20,000 nt of DNA, from positions 53,611-73,610 of IMG/VR virus record IMGVR_UViG_3300025015_000025; one strand, written 5' to 3'. Made by a program: the position numbers and the translations under genes. The DNA comes from an uncultured virus (IMG/VR IMGVR_UViG_3300025015_000025). Lineage: Duplodnaviria > Heunggongvirae > Uroviricota > Caudoviricetes. The notes beneath the pieces are model-generated. The model was not told the origin of the DNA. It saw only the letters and a program-made list of their open reading frames with translations, and ran no database searches. Positions 16,155 through 20,000 of this stretch are shown here, piece by piece. The stretch's first letter is position 1, and each line of letters begins with the position of its first letter.

Positions 16155-18336
16155 TGCGACGATCCGCGAACACCTCACTCCTTCGGCGGCTCTGCCCTAC
16201 AAGCTGTACAGGGTTGTCCTGGACCAGGGGACGGGTAACGCCACCCTACAGCCCGGCGTAGATCTGAATCTATACGATAGCGCCGTGGACCGCTTGGACG
16301 GCACTGGAGGGTGGGTCAACATCAGCCGGAGTACCATTGACACGGTGGAACTGGACAACGTGCAAACAGGCAACATCTACCAATGTGAAGTAAAAGATAT
16401 TTCTTTGACTAATTGCCGAATTGAATTCCGGGACTGCAAGATCACGGGCACAATCATGATACGCGGAGGCCGAGTGACCTTCACGGGATGCCAGTTTGCC
16501 CCGGCCAGCGCATCGGACCCGTTTTATACATTGGATGATTATTCCACGGTAACCGTGGAAGGATCTCCGCAAGACGACAGGCTGTACGGGCGCTTGGCCT
16601 CCGAGACACGCTTTCCTCAGGACACGGTACAGTTTCTGTCTACTCAGGCGGGGACCCTGTTCACGGTTAAACACGCGCGCTTGCACATGAACAGCGTCGG
16701 GGAGTGTCAGGTCAACGGGTTGATTCTCGACGTGGAAGCGGACGGATACATGTTGGTGGAGAATGTCTACGGGACGTGGATGTCCCAGAATGGCGGCGTG
16801 CGCAGCAAGGGAACCCTCGTCGGACGGAACCTCTCCACGTTGGCGTGTCAAGAGGGGTGGGTCATTGAATGCCTGGAACGTGGCGTGATCGCCTTGGACG
16901 GTGTTACGGATATCCTCCAGTTGGGCACTTACCCCGCCGCGATCAACATGGATCAAGGTCGGTTGGAGCTACGCAATGTCAAGCAATTCGTCAAGGGGAC
17001 CGGAGGCTCCATTCAAGCCACCAATCAGTCGGAAATTACACTGGAGAATATCTCCACGGAGGGTGGGTTTATCAAGGGCATGTCCGTGGCGGATTCCACC
17101 GTAAAGGCACATAACATTAAGACCACAGAATCAGCGGGACAATGGATGGTGGCACAGGATAGCGACCTTACCATTGACACCGTGGATAACCTGCAAGCCG
17201 TGGGGCCCGCGTTCGAGTTGACGGGGACTACTCTGCGCTTGGACAATGTGAAGGCCAACGCGGAATTGACGGATTCCTTTATCAAGATCCTGGATGGTGA
17301 CTGCACGGTTATTGCAACCCGTATGGGAACGTTGTCCGGCACCAAGCACTACATGGAGGTGGTGGGGGGCGGGAACATTCACCTCAGTCATCAGGGGGGG
17401 ACGTTAAATTTCGCAAGCGCTGGATTGATTAAGATTCTGTCCTGTTCCTCGGCCACGGTGCGCTTGGACGACACAACGGTCAATTGCTTGGGGCCCTACG
17501 TGTATATGGGAGTGCAAACCACACTGACTGAGAGTGGGATGACCGTCAACGCCACGGGTGCTTTGTGGGAAATGGGCGCAACCGGGTCCGTGGCCATCTA
17601 TGGAGGAATGTACACCAGTTCCGGCACGGCGTTTAAGACCTTTCAAGGTTCCCTGCGCGTGGAGAAGGCGACTATTACGGCGTCCAGCGATTCCAGTACG
17701 CTGACCAACCTTGCCGCCACGTTCCGGGAGGCGACGTTAACTCTCACGGGAACGGTTACCCTGAATGCCGCCGCTATCCACAGCGAGGACTCCTCAATCA
17801 CGGCCACAGCGTACACGGTTTCTGGTGCCAGCCGCATGCAGTCCCAAGGGGACACATGGGCGGGAGATTGGACGTTGACCGAAGCCTTGCGCGTCCATGC
17901 CTTAGATTCCACCTTTGATGCTTTTGAGGGCGATGGTCCCTTGGTCGCCCACGCAGTATCTATTACGATCAGCGCAAGTTCCGTTGCCTCGGCCCAAGGG
18001 GTGTTCGTCGCGTGTACAGGCTCCTTTACCGCCTTGGATAGCGGGGACCTCCTTTTAGTCGGAACCGCGTTGACGGTGACGGCGACGAGTGCCGTGAAAC
18101 TGGTCTACCTTGGGGACGTGCTTCCTGATAATTCTCTTGGAATTGGAGTATCCGCTGGAGTGTGTGAAGTAGGATCAAAAATATCCTCAACAGAATTTTA
18201 CGGCGTCTTGGCTGATACTGCCGCGCAGACGGCAACAATAAAAGCTACGGATGACTTTGCGTACATCACCGACAAGGCCGGATCCAAAGCGCGTACATTG
18301 GCCATCGGTGGCGAAGCCACGCACGAGTTGGTATAA
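16144..18336 (+). CDS. Large beta-solenoid (parallel beta-helix-like) virion protein, ~730 aa
   Basis: ATG 16144 with GGAG SD at 16134-16137 (alternative start 16132). Thr/Ser/Gly/Val-rich degenerate coils such as GRLELRNV, SEITLENI, STVKAHNI, SDLTIDTV, TTLRLDNV. Confidence 0.75.
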   Translation: MDINATIREHLTPSAALPYKLYRVVLDQGTGNATLQPGVDLNLYDSAVDRLDGTGGWVNISRSTIDTVELDNVQTGNIYQCEVKDISLTNCRIEFRDCKITGTIMIRGGRVTFTGCQFAPASASDPFYTLDDYSTVTVEGSPQDDRLYGRLASETRFPQDTVQFLSTQAGTLFTVKHARLHMNSVGECQVNGLILDVEADGYMLVENVYGTWMSQNGGVRSKGTLVGRNLSTLACQEGWVIECLERGVIALDGVTDILQLGTYPAAINMDQGRLELRNVKQFVKGTGGSIQATNQSEITLENISTEGGFIKGMSVADSTVKAHNIKTTESAGQWMVAQDSDLTIDTVDNLQAVGPAFELTGTTLRLDNVKANAELTDSFIKILDGDCTVIATRMGTLSGTKHYMEVVGGGNIHLSHQGGTLNFASAGLIKILSCSSATVRLDDTTVNCLGPYVYMGVQTTLTESGMTVNATGALWEMGATGSVAIYGGMYTSSGTAFKTFQGSLRVEKATITASSDSSTLTNLAATFREATLTLTGTVTLNAAAIHSEDSSITATAYTVSGASRMQSQGDTWAGDWTLTEALRVHALDSTFDAFEGDGPLVAHAVSITISASSVASAQGVFVACTGSFTALDSGDLLLVGTALTVTATSAVKLVYLGDVLPDNSLGIGVSAGVCEVGSKISSTEFYGVLADTAAQTATIKATDDFAYITDKAGSKARTLAIGGEATHELV

Positions 18337-18337
18337 C

Positions 18338-18739
18338 ATGACCCTACAGAGAGAAATGGTAGGCGTTGACGCTGTGTTTTCATATTCCCTTGGAACTGTT
18401 ACAGTAATCACTGTTGGAGCAGCCGTAAATTTAAAAATGTCAGACTCGGCCGGAGCCGGTATCCAAACAGCAGTTAAACACGCCGGGCCTGGTAATCAGA
18501 CAGGAGATACTGTGTTTCAATGGGTCCGTGGGATTGTGTCTGGACAGTACACAGCAGACTACTCCACACTCCAAGATGTGACCGCGACAACCCCTACGGG
18601 CACGAGTCGTATTGTTACCGTAGGAAGCACGTTAGTTAAATTTTCAGGTAGCGGGGGCGCGCCCGATACCATCGTAATCCCAGCACAAGCATCCTGGTCG
18701 GCTGGATTTCATGACAAGAACTTAGCGGAGGGGAGCTAA
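18338..18739 (+). CDS. Small beta-rich protein, candidate spike-tip protein (133 aa)
   Basis: ATG 18338 immediately after the upstream TAA; its TAA overlaps the gp25 ATG; occupies the usual PAAR/gp5.4 position. Function inferred from synteny only. Confidence 0.6.
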   Translation: MTLQREMVGVDAVFSYSLGTVTVITVGAAVNLKMSDSAGAGIQTAVKHAGPGNQTGDTVFQWVRGIVSGQYTADYSTLQDVTATTPTGTSRIVTVGSTLVKFSGSGGAPDTIVIPAQASWSAGFHDKNLAEGS

Positions 18740-19203
18740 TGTCCTCAAACTTCATGGACTCCTTGTCCCGGATTGGGAAAGGCATCAAATTGCCGTTCAC
18801 GTTCTCCCAACGTGGGAATGTTCGGGGTACGGCGACAGATACCAGCTTGGACAAAATCAATGACGCTATCAAAATGATTCTGCAAACTTCCTTGAGTGAG
18901 CGATTCATGAATAATGAGTGCGGCTCTCTCCTCGATGAATGTCTCTTCGATTTTATTGACGAAGCGGGGCGGGATTTGATCTATCTGTACTCCGTCGAGG
19001 CGTTGCAGCGCTGGGTGCCAATCATTTCCGTCACGGGAGCGACTTTTCTGGTGGACGCGGAGAATAATGCCACTGCACTCGTCATCGAGTACACAGTCAT
19101 CGGAACACCGGTATCCGGAACATATACCTACCCCTTCCAACAGGGGGCGATGCCGACGCAGGACCTGATTACCGGCGAGAACTACGCCAACGTGGTGCGT
19201 TAA
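18739..19203 (+). CDS. gp25: Baseplate wedge / sheath initiator, T4 gp25 / P2 gpW-like
   Basis: 154 aa. GIKLPF, I.DAIKMILQT...ERFMN.ECGS.L...LFD, AL.RWVP.I motifs. Confidence 0.92.
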   Translation: MSSNFMDSLSRIGKGIKLPFTFSQRGNVRGTATDTSLDKINDAIKMILQTSLSERFMNNECGSLLDECLFDFIDEAGRDLIYLYSVEALQRWVPIISVTGATFLVDAENNATALVIEYTVIGTPVSGTYTYPFQQGAMPTQDLITGENYANVVR

Positions 19204-19213
19204 GGAGATCCCC

Positions 19214-20000
19214 ATGGCAAACGCAAAACTATCCCTCCTGGCCAGAGACTTCGGGAAGATCCGCGAAGAGGCAGTGACTCAGATCCCGAAGCTCACGGAC
19301 CTCTGGACGGATTTCAATGAATACGACCCCGGCATGGTCATTTTGGAACTCCTGGCAGGCATGATGTCTACAATGCAGTTTTACGCCGACAACAACGTCG
19401 GGGAATGCTTCCTCATGCAGGCGAGACAGCGGAAAAACGTCAAACACCTATGCCGGGGCATTGCCTATGAATTGAAACCCCCCTACTCCGCCGTCGGAAC
19501 GATTCGTCTGACTAATACCTCGGGGGGGCCGGTAAGTTTCTCTAAGTACACACACGCCGCGCAGACCGTGGAAACCGTCACGTCGCTCCCGTTCGTTATC
19601 CCCGTGGACGTGGCCGTTCCCGCCAACTCCTTCCTGGACGTGGACGTGGTTCAAGGAACCTTGGTGACGCACGCATTAACTTCGGACGGAAGCACGGCCA
19701 GCCAAAGTGTATTACTGTCCGAGACCGTACCCCCTCGCGTCAAAGACATAGCCTACAACGGCATTGACATTTGGTGGGGGGCGGATCAATGGACGCGGGT
19801 TGACTCTCTGGTGGGTTCCGGCGCATTGGACAAGCATTTTGAGGTCTATCTGGATGATGAGGACCGCTTTTACATTGTGTTTGGCGATGGCATCTTTGGC
19901 GCGATTCCTCCGGCGGGAGCCGGGGTCGCCTATTATCTTCGGACGGACGCCAGTTCCGGCAATGTCGGGGCGGGTAAAGTCGCCGCATTATCCCCCGCAG
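19214..20000 (+). CDS. Baseplate wedge protein, T4 gp6 / P2 gpJ-like (5' part, truncated by window end)
   Basis: Absent from the ORF track because there is no stop in the window. SD AAGGAG at 19202-19207. Manual translation MANAKLSLLARDFGKIREE..WTDFNEYDPGMVILELLA..FYAD..ECFL..ARQRKNV..IVFGDGIFGAIPP..GNVGAG is open to 20000. Confidence 0.92.
   Translation, partial: MANAKLSLLARDFGKIREEAVTQIPKLTDLWTDFNEYDPGMVILELLAGMMSTMQFYADNNVGECFLMQARQRKNVKHLCRGIAYELKPPYSAVGTIRLTNTSGGPVSFSKYTHAAQTVETVTSLPFVIPVDVAVPANSFLDVDVVQGTLVTHALTSDGSTASQSVLLSETVPPRVKDIAYNGIDIWWGADQWTRVDSLVGSGALDKHFEVYLDDEDRFYIVFGDGIFGAIPPAGAGVAYYLRTDASSGNVGAGKVAALSPA

Noticed and set aside
18251..18337. Longer start for the candidate tip gene
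   Set aside because: Overlaps the solenoid gene; ATG 18338 follows its stop directly.
6240..20000. Interpretation as a bacterial extracellular contractile injection system or tailocin
   Set aside because: Capsid and neck genes are in the same operon, so this is a phage virion module.

Overview
The window is one contiguous, all-plus-strand virion morphogenesis module of a contractile-tailed (myovirus-type) phage. Gene order: T4 gp23-like major capsid protein; Pro-rich Rho_N/HeH-like protein; gp13-like neck adaptor; three unassigned genes (one membrane protein); gp14-like head closure; HK97 gp10-like tail completion protein; gp15-like terminator; small protein; sheath; tube; tail assembly chaperone; tape measure protein; tube initiator; LysM-like wedge; hub; central spike; a 730-aa beta-solenoid protein; a candidate spike tip; gp25; and a gp6/J-like wedge that runs off the window end. 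The most notable signals are (1) a probable programmed +1 frameshift in the chaperone gene at TTT-TTT-CGG-CCC-A, with a 3' hairpin and coupling to the tape measure start; (2) a large beta-helix gene inside the spike module; (3) a nested domain duplication in the sheath; and (4) two similar G7-arm hairpins after the capsid and sheath genes, one of them inside a CDS. All assignments come from motif recognition and synteny; no database searches were run.
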